From: Nitrospirota bacterium
GTDB taxonomy: Bacteria; Nitrospirota; Thermodesulfovibrionia; Thermodesulfovibrionales; UBA9159
Assembly: GCA_963699545.1 (NCBI GenBank)
Contig: CAVOUE010000005.1
Location: 288,001 to 352,000 of the forward strand
Direction: 5' to 3'
DNA: 64,000 nt
In this document: positions 31,127 through 41,158 of the stretch, piece after piece
How positions within the stretch are numbered: position 1 is the stretch's first letter
Layout of the letters: the number at the start of each line of letters is the position of its first letter
Position numbers and translations under genes: made by a program
Notes under the pieces: generated by a model
What the model was told of the DNA's origin: nothing
The model's database searches: none
Seen by the model: only the letters and a program-made list of their open reading frames with translations

Positions 31127-32611
31127 GTATGCTCAAGGACCTCAGTCCAAAGAAGACATTTGGTCTGATGCTCATTGCCGTGTATATCGTATCTCTCCCC
31201 ATCCTATCCTCCCTCACCTACGTTATCCTGAAGAACCAGGCTGTCAGAACCGCCTATAATGTGGGAAGAGTGCGACTCGTTAGCATGGAAGCGGTGAAGA
31301 CGTTTGTCGACGAGGAACTGAGGCCCATATTGTATCGCGAGTTGCCGGGAAGGTTCATTGTGGAGGGGATGTCCCGTTCCTATGTGGCGGGAGCTATCGC
31401 CCGCAGGGTTCAGAAGGAATATCCGGGGTATGTATACAAAAATGCATCCACTGCTCCCAAGAACATCGGTAATTCAGCCGACGACTTCGAGGCAAAGATC
31501 ATAAGCAGCTTTATAAAAGACCGCACGGTGAAGGAATGGAGCGGATTCAGAACAAGGTCTGATGGGGAGTATTACGTTATTGCAAAGGCGGGCGAAGCGT
31601 TCACTGAGCGTTGTCTCCCTCTGTCACGGTAATCCTGCCGGGGCACCCGTCGAGCTCCTGGAAAAGTACGGCGACCGTGCGGGGTTTCATATGACCATCG
31701 GTCAGCTCGTAGATGCAAAATTCGTTTATATCCCCATTGGTGTCCCCCTTGCAGAAGCGAGGAGGATCGTGGCGATCTTCATAGGAATGTACACCGTGTT
31801 CTTCGGTGCCGTTCTCGTCATCATCAACGTGGATTTTACCCGCCTTTATGATCAGACCGCATCTGACAAAAGGAGGATCGAAGAGATCAACCTCGAACTC
31901 ATGAACCTGAACCACGACATGGAATCCATCATCTCCGAGAGGACGATGAACCTGATCGCCCTGAGCGTTGCGGACCGTGTCAGGAACCCGGCGGCGGCCA
32001 TCGCCGGGACCTTCAACCGTATTCTCAAGAAGGAAGCCCTCTCCGACCCTCTGAGGGAAAGGCTGAATGACCTGATGCTTGAGGCGGAGAAACTCGACAT
32101 CATTGTGAAGGACTATGAGACCATCCTGAAGGGCAGACAGGTCATGTTCAGGGTAGAGGACCTGAACGAGATTGTGAAGAGCGTTCTTCCGCTGGTGGAA
32201 AGCGAACGGAAAGATAAGGGCATCGCAATAAGACTGCTCCTCTCCGATACGTCTTCACAGTGCGTGGTGAACAGGCAGCTCATCAGGGTTGCAGTGCTCC
32301 ATGTGTTGAAAAACGCCGTCGAAGCCACGCCTGCCGGTGGCACCATACTCATAACGACGTCCTCTGACGAGGACACCATATCCCTCAGCATCTCAGATAC
32401 GGGCAAGGGGATCCCGGGGGAGGAAATACCGAAGATATTCAGTCTCTTTTACAGCACCAAGAAGCACCGGATAGGAATGGGATTGCCTCTGGTGAAGCAG
32501 ATACTTGAGGAACACAAAGGCGCTATCACCGTGGAAAGTGTCCTCGGAAAAGGGAGCACCTTCCGGATCGCCCTCCCGGTCAGGTGGTCGGAGCAGGAAC
32601 TCAAAGGGTGA
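31123..32611 (+). CDS. DUF3365/Tll0287-like heme-c sensor histidine-kinase-like protein (frameshift near 31620)
   Basis: TM-periplasmic domain P.N..N.AD.FE...CxxCHG.P..AP-TM; HATPase N, G1, F, G2 boxes; H-box reads ADRVRNP. Confidence 0.75.
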
Positions 32612-32859
32612 GAAGAATGATATGAGGATATGCTGCAAGGCAGAGGGCGGAAAAACACAGGCCCGGCCTGAGAAAGGAGGAACGTACAGACTAGGGCACT
32701 ATGACCACGACCTATACGCAAATCGCTCGGCATCAGGAAGGCCTTTCGACGATCTACCGGGAACCGTCTTCTCCCACGTCACGGAAGACCGCCTCTCAAA
32801 AGAAACCGGCAGTCTACTGTCGATCCTTAAAACCCATGTAATGCCAAAAGGAGGATGCA

Positions 32860-33924
32860 ATGGAACCGATGTCAGTTCATTATGATTTTTCGTTCCCTAC
32901 TGAAAAGACCAGGAAAACCGCTCACGTCCGTGAGGAAACAGACCGCTATTTTACTCTTCTGGAGATCGCCACTGCCCGGCTCAACAGAGAACTGGAGGCC
33001 CTCGAAAAACGGTGCTCTGACCCGTCAGAGCATGCCGAGGAACTTCTCCGCGCCACAGAAAAGGCGATCGACACTGCACTCGCTTCCTGTGCAGCATTTG
33101 AGGAAGGGGTAAAGGATGGGGACGTCATCCGCAATGCGCGAATTACCTTCCGTGAAAGAACGAATCGTCTCCTTTCAAAAAGTTATTGCCTGAACCGGAC
33201 AAGAACCTGGCCTCAGGGATCACAGGGTGACTACAAAACGCTGGATATCATCTACAGAAACACACCGATGTCCGACGGCATAGGATATTATCTTGACAGA
33301 TACATGCTTTCTGCGCCGCTCGCCACTGGAGTGCGAGAGAGAATCGCAAAACTGGAAGAACTCCTCAGGGAGGAACTCGTTTGCAGACAGGCCCCAAAGA
33401 TCCTTGACGTAGCATGTGGCTCATGCCGCGAGGTTTTAGGGTTAGTCCCGGAAATCGAGGCGTCAGGAGCTCAGTTTACCTGCATCGATCTGGATTCGGA
33501 AGCCCTTGATTTTGCGATGAATCGCCTTTCATACGCCGGTTTCCGGGAAGGACAGGTCGAATTCCTCAGATACAACGCGCTCAGGATGTTCGATCACGAA
33601 ATGAACATGCAGGAATTCGGGATGCAGGACATCATTTACAGTGTGGGCTTCTTTGATTACCTTCCCGATGACTTCCTCACAAAATTGCTCAGTGCTCTCT
33701 ATCTGCTCCTCAAGCCAGGGGGAAAACTCATAGCTTCCTTTAAGGATGCAAACCGTTACAAGTCCCAGCCATATCATTGGCTGGGTGACTGGGATGGTTT
33801 CCTGCAGAGGAATGAGACTGACTTTAAGCGCATCCTCTCTGATGCCGGGATTCCGCACTTTGCACGAGCAGAGGCACGTGTAGAATCGGGAACGATAATC
33901 TTTTACACAGTGACCAAACAGTAA
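32860..33924 (+). CDS. Class I SAM methyltransferase, PhcB-like
   Basis: WPQGSQGDY..L..IY.N.P...G.G..LD.Y; ILDVACGSCRE; YSVG.FDYL. Confidence 0.7.
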   Translation: MEPMSVHYDFSFPTEKTRKTAHVREETDRYFTLLEIATARLNRELEALEKRCSDPSEHAEELLRATEKAIDTALASCAAFEEGVKDGDVIRNARITFRERTNRLLSKSYCLNRTRTWPQGSQGDYKTLDIIYRNTPMSDGIGYYLDRYMLSAPLATGVRERIAKLEELLREELVCRQAPKILDVACGSCREVLGLVPEIEASGAQFTCIDLDSEALDFAMNRLSYAGFREGQVEFLRYNALRMFDHEMNMQEFGMQDIIYSVGFFDYLPDDFLTKLLSALYLLLKPGGKLIASFKDANRYKSQPYHWLGDWDGFLQRNETDFKRILSDAGIPHFARAEARVESGTIIFYTVTKQ

Positions 33925-33955
33925 GAGTTTATTGCGGATTATACTATAATACCTC

Positions 33956-34717
33956 ATGGCAGACAGGGGATTGCTCTCTGATAGGGTAGCCATCGTCACC
34001 GGAGGAACGCGGGGCATAGGACGCGCGGTCGTCCGCGCGCTCTGCGGAGAAGGCGCAGACTGTGCGTTCACCTATACGAAGAGCCACCAGCTTGCGGAAT
34101 CTCTGGTTCAGGAGATGCAGCTCACGGGCAGGCGCATGCGCGCCGTGCAACTTGATGTGAGGGATTTTGAAGGCGCCAAGCTACTCGTCGAACAGGTGAA
34201 AAAGGAACTTGGAAGGCTTGATATTCTTGTGAACAACGCCGGGATTACGCGGGACAGGTCCCTCATGACGATGACGAGGGAGGAATGGACCGAGGTGATC
34301 GATACGGACCTCACTGGGGTCTTCAACATCACCCGCGCCTGCATCATCACCTTTTTGAAACAGAAGAGCGGGAACATAGCGAACATTTCATCGGTGGGCG
34401 GGATTCATCCCCTTCCGGGACAGGTAAATTATGCTGCGGCAAAGGCAGGGGTGATCGGTTTCACGAAATCACTTGCGAAGGAGGTGGCGCGTTACAATAT
34501 CAGGGTAAATGCGGTTGCCCCCGGCTTTATCGAGTCAGATATGACAGCAGCCCTCGACGGGAAATACCGGAGGCGTCTCCATGAATCGATACCCGCCGGA
34601 AGGTTCGGAACACCCAATGAGGTCGCAGAGGCGGTGCTCTTTCTGCTCAGCGATGAATCCGGGTATGTTACGGGAGAGGTAATAGAGATCGACGGAGGAC
34701 TGGGACTTTCAGGTTAG
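33956..34717 (+). CDS. fabG: 3-oxoacyl-ACP reductase (SDR)
   Basis: TGGTRGIG, NNAGITRD, Y.AAK, VAPGFI. Confidence 0.85.
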   Translation: MADRGLLSDRVAIVTGGTRGIGRAVVRALCGEGADCAFTYTKSHQLAESLVQEMQLTGRRMRAVQLDVRDFEGAKLLVEQVKKELGRLDILVNNAGITRDRSLMTMTREEWTEVIDTDLTGVFNITRACIITFLKQKSGNIANISSVGGIHPLPGQVNYAAAKAGVIGFTKSLAKEVARYNIRVNAVAPGFIESDMTAALDGKYRRRLHESIPAGRFGTPNEVAEAVLFLLSDESGYVTGEVIEIDGGLGLSG

Positions 34718-34718
34718 C

Positions 34719-35955
34719 ATGGAGAAAAAGATCGTTGTCACGGGCATAGGAGTTTTATCGCCTATCGGCATAGGCAGGAATAGTTACTGGGAAGCCCTGC
34801 TGCTGGGGAAACCAGGATTTAATCCTATCACCCTCTTTGACACATCGCCGTTTAATGTGCGTATCGCGGGCGAAATAGGCGATTTCGATCCTGCTGAATT
34901 CCTCGGCAAGAAAGGACTTCGCGAACTGGACAGGAGCGCGAGGCTGATATGCTCGGCCGCAAAGCTTGCCATTGATGATGCCCATCTCCAGGTGACGGCT
35001 GAAAATACCCATTCTGTGGGAGTCTCTATTGGAACAACCTTCGGGAGTCTCCACAGCATCTCAGAGTTTGACCGATCCGGTCTCATTGAAGGCCCGAGGT
35101 ATGTAAACCCGTCCCATTTCCCCAATACGGTCCTTAACTCGCCCGCGAGCCGGGTATCGATACGTTTTCAAATAAGGGGCTTTAATACGACCATTTCCAC
35201 GGGATTCTGCGCTGCCCTTGACGCCGTCTCCTATGCGTGTGACTTCATCAAATTGGAGAGGGCGAACGTCGTTCTCGCTGGGGGAGTTGAAGAGCTTTGC
35301 GAGGAAACCTTCCTCGGTTTTTATACCCTCGGGTATCTCTCGGGGATTGATGCCTCACCTCCTGTGAGCTGTCCGTTTGATGCGAGGAGGAATGGGATAA
35401 TTCTTTCCGAGGGTGCAGCGATACTGGTGCTCGAAGAAGTTCAGCATGCTCTGAACAGAGGTGCGGAAATCCTGGCAGCAGTAAAGGGTTGTGGAAACGC
35501 CTTTGACGCTTCGGCGAACGGGGATTTCGGGCACGGGAGAAGAGGTCTGAGAAACGCCGTCACTCGTGCACTGAGCGATGCAGCCCTTTCTCCAGAGGAT
35601 ATAGACTATATTTGCGCCGGTGCCAATTCCACAAAAGAACTTGACAGAGCGGAGAACTGCGGTGATCAAAGAGGTCTTCGGCAACCATGCCTATTCGCTG
35701 CCTGTGAGTTCGATAAAATCCATGGTGGGAGAGTCCTTCTCCGCCTCAGGTGGGCTGTCCCTGGCAGCTGCGGCGGGGGTCCTGCACAGCGGATTCATTC
35801 CTCCCACGATACATTATGAGCAGAGTGACCCTGAATGCGACCTCGATTATGTCCCCGGTGCTGCGAGACGGAAAGAGGTCAAGAATGTTCTTGTGCTCGC
35901 GTCCGATCCTTACGGGAATAACTCAGCCATCGTGCTGGGCAGATATGAACGGTGA
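34719..35955 (+). CDS. Ketosynthase-like protein lacking catalytic His residues (CLF-like); frameshift near 35650
   Basis: FabF fold; TGFCAA Cys region; HGTST replaced by GANST; GH replaced by GE. Confidence 0.8.
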
Positions 35956-35958
35956 ACC

Positions 35959-36402
35959 ATGCAACTTGACTTCGAAGAGATAAAAAGACTGATACCACAG
36001 AGATTCCCTTTCATTATGATCGATAAAGTGCTGGAACTCGAGCCCGGCAGGAAGGCGGTATCGGTAAAAAACATTTCGGGCAATGACATCTTCTTCCTCG
36101 GTCATTTCCCCGACAAGGCGATTATGCCCGGTGCCGCGATCATAGAGGCCATGGCACAGACAGCGATAGTCCTTTTTGCAGCCGCAAAGGGGAACGAAGG
36201 GACTGATGCGAAACCCCTCTACTATTTTGGGTCTGTGAAGGCACGTTTTCTCCATCCTGTAGTTCCGGGCGATCAATTAAAAATAACCGTAGTGAATGTT
36301 AAAACACTCCCGCACGGCGCATATGTCTCGGCAGAGGCATTTGTCGATGGGAAAAAGGTCTCAGAAGCTGAACTTGTGTTTAGCACGAAGGGAGAAGCGT
36401 AA
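35959..36402 (+). CDS. fabZ: 3-hydroxyacyl-ACP dehydratase
   Basis: P.RFPF.MID, F.GHFP...MPG..IIEAMAQ, PV.PGD. Confidence 0.85.
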   Translation: MQLDFEEIKRLIPQRFPFIMIDKVLELEPGRKAVSVKNISGNDIFFLGHFPDKAIMPGAAIIEAMAQTAIVLFAAAKGNEGTDAKPLYYFGSVKARFLHPVVPGDQLKITVVNVKTLPHGAYVSAEAFVDGKKVSEAELVFSTKGEA

Positions 36403-36432
36403 TCTTTTTTGCACCTTTTTCAGGAGGAGATT

Positions 36433-37293
36433 ATGTCGGATGAAAACAAAGTAGCGCGCAATATAATAAAAAGCTATTCTGAGAACATAGGATTCATGGT
36501 CTATACAGCAGAAGAACTTCAAAAATTGTACCAGACCCTGGGGATAGATCCCAAAAGCACGAACAGAAGCATCTTCGACCTCGAGAGCATGTCACACCAC
36601 CTGCAATCGGAAGTTATAAAGTTGATCAAAATGATGAATATCACGAAAGATGATGTAGTCTTGGACGCGGGATGTGGGAATGGAGCCCCGACAAGGCTCA
36701 TCGCCAAGACCTGTGGTTGCAAAATCAGGGGATTCGATATCAATCCTGATCAGATCAAAAAAGCGGCGGCATGTAACCGTTTCCAGGGTGTGGACCATCT
36801 CATAGCACTGTCGGTCAAAGATGTGCATGAAGTGGATTACCCCCACTGCACATTCGATAAGGTTTTTCACAACGAAACGATCTGTCACTGGATGGACAAA
36901 CGGACCGCATTATCAGGGCTGTTCAATGTGCTGAAAAAAGGCGGCATTATGGGTTTTCATGACTGGGCAAAAGGAGAAAAAGGAGATCTTAATGAGGCCG
37001 GCGGCGACTTTCCCGGGACGTACGCTGAAAGTGTGTGGTTTCAGCACAGCATTGAAGAGACGCGGCGATTATTAGAAGAAGCGGGATTTTCCCTGCTTCG
37101 CTCTGAAGATACAACTGATATCGTGGATCGAGGACTACGGGCCAAATTAAGAGAATTGGAGATGTCAAAAGATTATTACATAAGAAGCGGTTATGAGGAA
37201 TATTTCTTAAAATCAGTGCGCTATTGCAACATCATGCTTAAAACCCACTATGACTATCTGAAATATGGAAGATTTTTGTGTATGAAAAATTAG
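36433..37293 (+). CDS. Class I SAM methyltransferase
   Basis: VLDAGCGNG, GFDI, FD.V...E..CH, LKKGG. Confidence 0.85.
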   Translation: MSDENKVARNIIKSYSENIGFMVYTAEELQKLYQTLGIDPKSTNRSIFDLESMSHHLQSEVIKLIKMMNITKDDVVLDAGCGNGAPTRLIAKTCGCKIRGFDINPDQIKKAAACNRFQGVDHLIALSVKDVHEVDYPHCTFDKVFHNETICHWMDKRTALSGLFNVLKKGGIMGFHDWAKGEKGDLNEAGGDFPGTYAESVWFQHSIEETRRLLEEAGFSLLRSEDTTDIVDRGLRAKLRELEMSKDYYIRSGYEEYFLKSVRYCNIMLKTHYDYLKYGRFLCMKN

Positions 37294-37313
37294 AACATAA
37301 CGATGACCAAATC

Positions 37314-38525
37314 ATGATAAAAACTCGACGAATAGTGATAACAGGATTAGGGGTCATATCTTCAATCGGTATCGGTTGGAAGGAATTCTGGAATAGTCTT
37401 TTGAAGGGTACCTCAGGCATAAGTCCCGTGTCCTCATTCGACACTTCACTGTATCCCACACATTTCGGCGGCGAGGTCAAAATCTTCAAACCCGAGGAGT
37501 TTATCGCTAAAGAACGCTTAAACGTCATGAACCGCGCTACCCAGATGGCGCTGGCTGCTACAAAACTCGCATTAAAGGATGCTGCCCTGGCCCCCGAAGA
37601 GTTGGCAAACTACAACGTTGGGGTCTCTCACGGAACGACACTCGGTGCTGCGCAGACCATAGAAGAGGTAGATGTGCTCCTCATTGATAAGAAACCGATA
37701 GATAAGCGGGTCTTCTGTCAGATGCCGACACATGCGCCGCCCTCCGTGATAGCCACCGAATTTAAATGTGGCGGACCGAATTTCATGTTCTCTACAGCCT
37801 GCGCAGCAGGAAATTATGCGATCGCTTATGGCTTTGACCTCATCAGATTGAATAAGGCCGACATCGTGATTGCGGGAGCGTCAGATCCTTTTTCGCGGAT
37901 TGAATACACAGGCTTTAATCAATTCTCCGCGGTCGCTCCTGAAAAATGCCAGCCCTTTGACAAGAACAGAAAAGGCATGATGCTGGCGGAAGGAGCTGGG
38001 ATACTTGTCCTCGAACCTCTCGAGAGTGCCGCAAAGAGAAACGCGCCTATCTATGCCGAAATTCTGGGATATGGCCTGAGCTGCGACGCCTTCCATATGA
38101 CGACTGCCACTGTTGAAGGAATTGCGGAGTGCATGCGAAAGGCAATGAGAGAGGCGGGCATCGCGGTCGGGGACGTCGACTATATAAGTGCCCATGGTAC
38201 GGGAACAGTGGCAAACGACAGAGTTGAATGCGCAGCGATTAAAGAGGTCTTCGGACCTCGTTCTCAACAGGTACCAGTGAGCTCTATCAAATCCATGCTC
38301 GGCCATACAATGGGAGCGGCATCAGCAATCGAAGCAATCACCTGTGCCCTCGTTGTAAAGCATGACGTCATTCCACCGACCATAAACTTTGAGACTCCCG
38401 ATCCCGAATGTGACATCGACTGCGTTCCGAACAAGGCACGGCACCACACCGCCCATATAGCCCTGAACAACTCTTATGCGTTTGGAGGGAATAACGCTTG
38501 TCTGGTAATAAAAAAACTTGTATAA
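37314..38525 (+). CDS. fabF: Beta-ketoacyl-ACP synthase II (active KS)
   Basis: TACAAG, HGTGT, KSMLGH, N.YAFGGNN: complete Cys-His-His triad. Confidence 0.85.
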   Translation: MIKTRRIVITGLGVISSIGIGWKEFWNSLLKGTSGISPVSSFDTSLYPTHFGGEVKIFKPEEFIAKERLNVMNRATQMALAATKLALKDAALAPEELANYNVGVSHGTTLGAAQTIEEVDVLLIDKKPIDKRVFCQMPTHAPPSVIATEFKCGGPNFMFSTACAAGNYAIAYGFDLIRLNKADIVIAGASDPFSRIEYTGFNQFSAVAPEKCQPFDKNRKGMMLAEGAGILVLEPLESAAKRNAPIYAEILGYGLSCDAFHMTTATVEGIAECMRKAMREAGIAVGDVDYISAHGTGTVANDRVECAAIKEVFGPRSQQVPVSSIKSMLGHTMGAASAIEAITCALVVKHDVIPPTINFETPDPECDIDCVPNKARHHTAHIALNNSYAFGGNNACLVIKKLV

Positions 38526-38613
38526 TAGGTCAGTTATAAAGTTCATTATAAGGTTTTGTTAAACATTTATCTGGTAACATTTTAAAATTACAGGGATTCA
38601 GGAGGATACGCTG

Positions 38614-38850
38614 ATGGCTGACGTCGAAAGTGAGATCATCTCGATAATATCCGAGGTCTCAGGGGTAGATGTTGAAGAAATTTCGCTTGATTCCGACCTG
38701 GCGAGTGACCTGGAGATCGACTCGATCAAGGCCATCGAGATTGTCGTGGCGATCGAAAAAAAATTTAAGATTTCGATTCGTGATGAAGATATCCGCAACA
38801 TCACCACGACAAGGCAAATAGTGGACCTAACAAGAACTTTGTTTCCCTAG
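38614..38850 (+). CDS. acpP: Acyl carrier protein
   Basis: 78 aa acidic; DL.IDSI...EI...IE..F.I.I. Confidence 0.85.
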   Translation: MADVESEIISIISEVSGVDVEEISLDSDLASDLEIDSIKAIEIVVAIEKKFKISIRDEDIRNITTTRQIVDLTRTLFP

Positions 38851-38970
38851 GGAAGGTCTCATTGAATTCTCACAAGGAGAGCTTGCATGAGCACGGTGAT
38901 ACCCGTATACTGACCTCTGTACCGAAAGAGATTTTTTGACAACGTAGCTTAACAGAATAATCATTATGGT

Positions 38971-41139
38971 ATGGGAAAAGATACCTACATAAAGCAGGAA
39001 CTTCTCAATTTGACAAGATTCTGGCTGACCTTCGGTCTCATTGGAGGGGCCCTCGTCTTTGCCTTGCTCAGCGCCCTCGATTATTTGGTCACCCCGGAGA
39101 ATTTCTTGAGATTCTTGCTTTATAGAATAACCTGTGTCTGCTTAATGATTGTTCTCCATTTCATCAATAGAAAAGTCTCGCGGGAACTCACCCAAAAGAT
39201 ATTAATTGCCTTAACCGTTATTCTCGTGTCATCGACAGTAGAGCTTATGATTCTCTTTTTTGGAGGTCATCAGTCAACGTACTATGCAGGCATTATCATC
39301 ACGGTCGTTTTTTTACTTGGGATTCTCCCCCTTCATTTTAAAATGTCCTTTTTTTTGGTATCCATTGCTTATTCTATTTACCTTTTTCCGATCTTGCTCT
39401 TTGACCGTATTACGAATGTCGAATTATTTATTAGCAACAATGCATTCTTGCTGGCTATTGTTATGATCGCCCTTACATGGAGATTCCTTAGCCAGAGAAG
39501 CCTCATAAATGAACTTGGCCTCCAATACGAACTTGATAAAGATAAACGCGAACTCGAAAAGTATTCCACCAACCTCCAAGAATTAGTCAGTGAGCGGACA
39601 AAGGAACTGAACAAATCCGAGACCATGCTGAAGGCGCTCTTCGAAAATGCAAATGACGGGATCATGATCATGAACAGGGACGGTATAATACTCGACGTGA
39701 ACCAGAAGGCATGCGACATCCACGGGTTCGACAGGGCCGCTCTCATCGGAACGAATATCAAGCTTCTCGAGACCCAGGAAAACCAGCATTCATACAGGGA
39801 CCGTATGGAACGCATCGTGAACGGTGAGTCGCTGCTCTTCGAAACCCAGCACTACCGGAGGGACGGGACCAGGATCTCGCTCGAGATCAGTTCCAAGGCG
39901 GTAGAGGTCGAAGGCAACACGTATATCCAGTCATTCCACAGGGACATCACCGAAAAAAAGAGGCTCCATCAACAGCTTTTCCAGTCTCAGAAAATGGAAT
40001 CCATCGGGGTCCTCGCAGGCGGCATCGCCCATGACTTCAACAATATCCTGTCCGCCATCCTCGGTCACGCTGAGCTGTTGCATGAATTCAGCACTCTTGA
40101 CGCCCAGGGGAAAGAGAGGGTCAGGATCATAGAGAATTCGGCGCGCAAGGCCGGCCAGATGATATCGAAGCTCCTCAGTTTTGCCCGCAAGGGAACCTTC
40201 GAAAGCGTGCCCATAGATCTCAATGACATCGTAAAGGATACCGCCGAGCTTCTGGAGCGTATGATGACAAAGAGAAACGTTGCGATCAGAATGGACATCA
40301 GCGGCACCCTGCCTCCTGTTGAAGGTGATGCAAACCAGTTGGAGCAGGTCGTCATGAATATCATCGTGAATGCAGGGGATGTAATGCCGAACGGTGGCGT
40401 TATCACCGTTGCGACCTCCTCAGTGGACCTTCAGAGGGATGCCCGCCAGGTTCATCCCCTCCTGGAGCCGGGGAAATATGTGGTCATCAAGATCACGGAC
40501 ACGGGCCCCGGCATCCCTGAGGAAATACGGGACAAGATCTTCGACCCGTTCTTCACGACCAAGGGTCCGGGAAAAGGCACCGGCCTTGGGCTCGCCATGG
40601 TGTACGGCATCGTGAAAGAGCATCGGGGAGTGATCAACGTGAGGACAAAGCTGGGAAGAGGCACCACGTTCGAGATCTATCTGCCGGCGTCCGGCAAGCT
40701 CATCCCGCGTCTGGAACGTCCTCTTGTCTCTTCCGTGGCGGGACGCGAAAAGATACTGGTGGTGGATGACGAAGAAGACATTGTCAGTTTCATAAAGGAT
40801 GTCCTGGAATCGCAGGGATATAAGGTGCTGGCCACGACAAATCCGGTGTATGCGCTGGATATCTTCAAGGAAATAAACGATACCATAGACTTGGTCATCT
40901 CCGACATAATCATGCCCCTGGTGAACGGAAGAGAGCTCATCGGGCATTTTAAATTGATCAAGCCTGCCGTCAGAATATTGGCGATCTCGGGCTACGAAGC
41001 GGGAACCATCGGTAAGAACGACCGGGACATCAACGGATTTATCAGAAAACCCTTCGAGGGCACTTACCTCCTCACTGTGGTGAGAAGGGTGCTCGATACA
41101 GCGGGTGCTTCTTCCTCACCACGGCGCATGCCTCTCTAA
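38971..41139 (+). CDS. Hybrid sensor histidine kinase: multi-TM sensor (PhcS-like), PAS, HisKA, HATPase, REC
   Basis: LDY.V.PE....FL.YR and GG..S.YYAG in TM region; AGGIAHDFNN; FFTTK..GKGTGLGL; VVDDE...D..MP...KP. Confidence 0.9.
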   Translation: MGKDTYIKQELLNLTRFWLTFGLIGGALVFALLSALDYLVTPENFLRFLLYRITCVCLMIVLHFINRKVSRELTQKILIALTVILVSSTVELMILFFGGHQSTYYAGIIITVVFLLGILPLHFKMSFFLVSIAYSIYLFPILLFDRITNVELFISNNAFLLAIVMIALTWRFLSQRSLINELGLQYELDKDKRELEKYSTNLQELVSERTKELNKSETMLKALFENANDGIMIMNRDGIILDVNQKACDIHGFDRAALIGTNIKLLETQENQHSYRDRMERIVNGESLLFETQHYRRDGTRISLEISSKAVEVEGNTYIQSFHRDITEKKRLHQQLFQSQKMESIGVLAGGIAHDFNNILSAILGHAELLHEFSTLDAQGKERVRIIENSARKAGQMISKLLSFARKGTFESVPIDLNDIVKDTAELLERMMTKRNVAIRMDISGTLPPVEGDANQLEQVVMNIIVNAGDVMPNGGVITVATSSVDLQRDARQVHPLLEPGKYVVIKITDTGPGIPEEIRDKIFDPFFTTKGPGKGTGLGLAMVYGIVKEHRGVINVRTKLGRGTTFEIYLPASGKLIPRLERPLVSSVAGREKILVVDDEEDIVSFIKDVLESQGYKVLATTNPVYALDIFKEINDTIDLVISDIIMPLVNGRELIGHFKLIKPAVRILAISGYEAGTIGKNDRDINGFIRKPFEGTYLLTVVRRVLDTAGASSSPRRMPL

Positions 41140-41158
41140 ACGGGGGGACCCAGGGAGT

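Noticed and set aside
32612-32859. Short ORFs between the DUF3365 kinase and the methyltransferase
   Set aside because: No recognisable motif and ambiguous RBS spacing; cannot support a gene call
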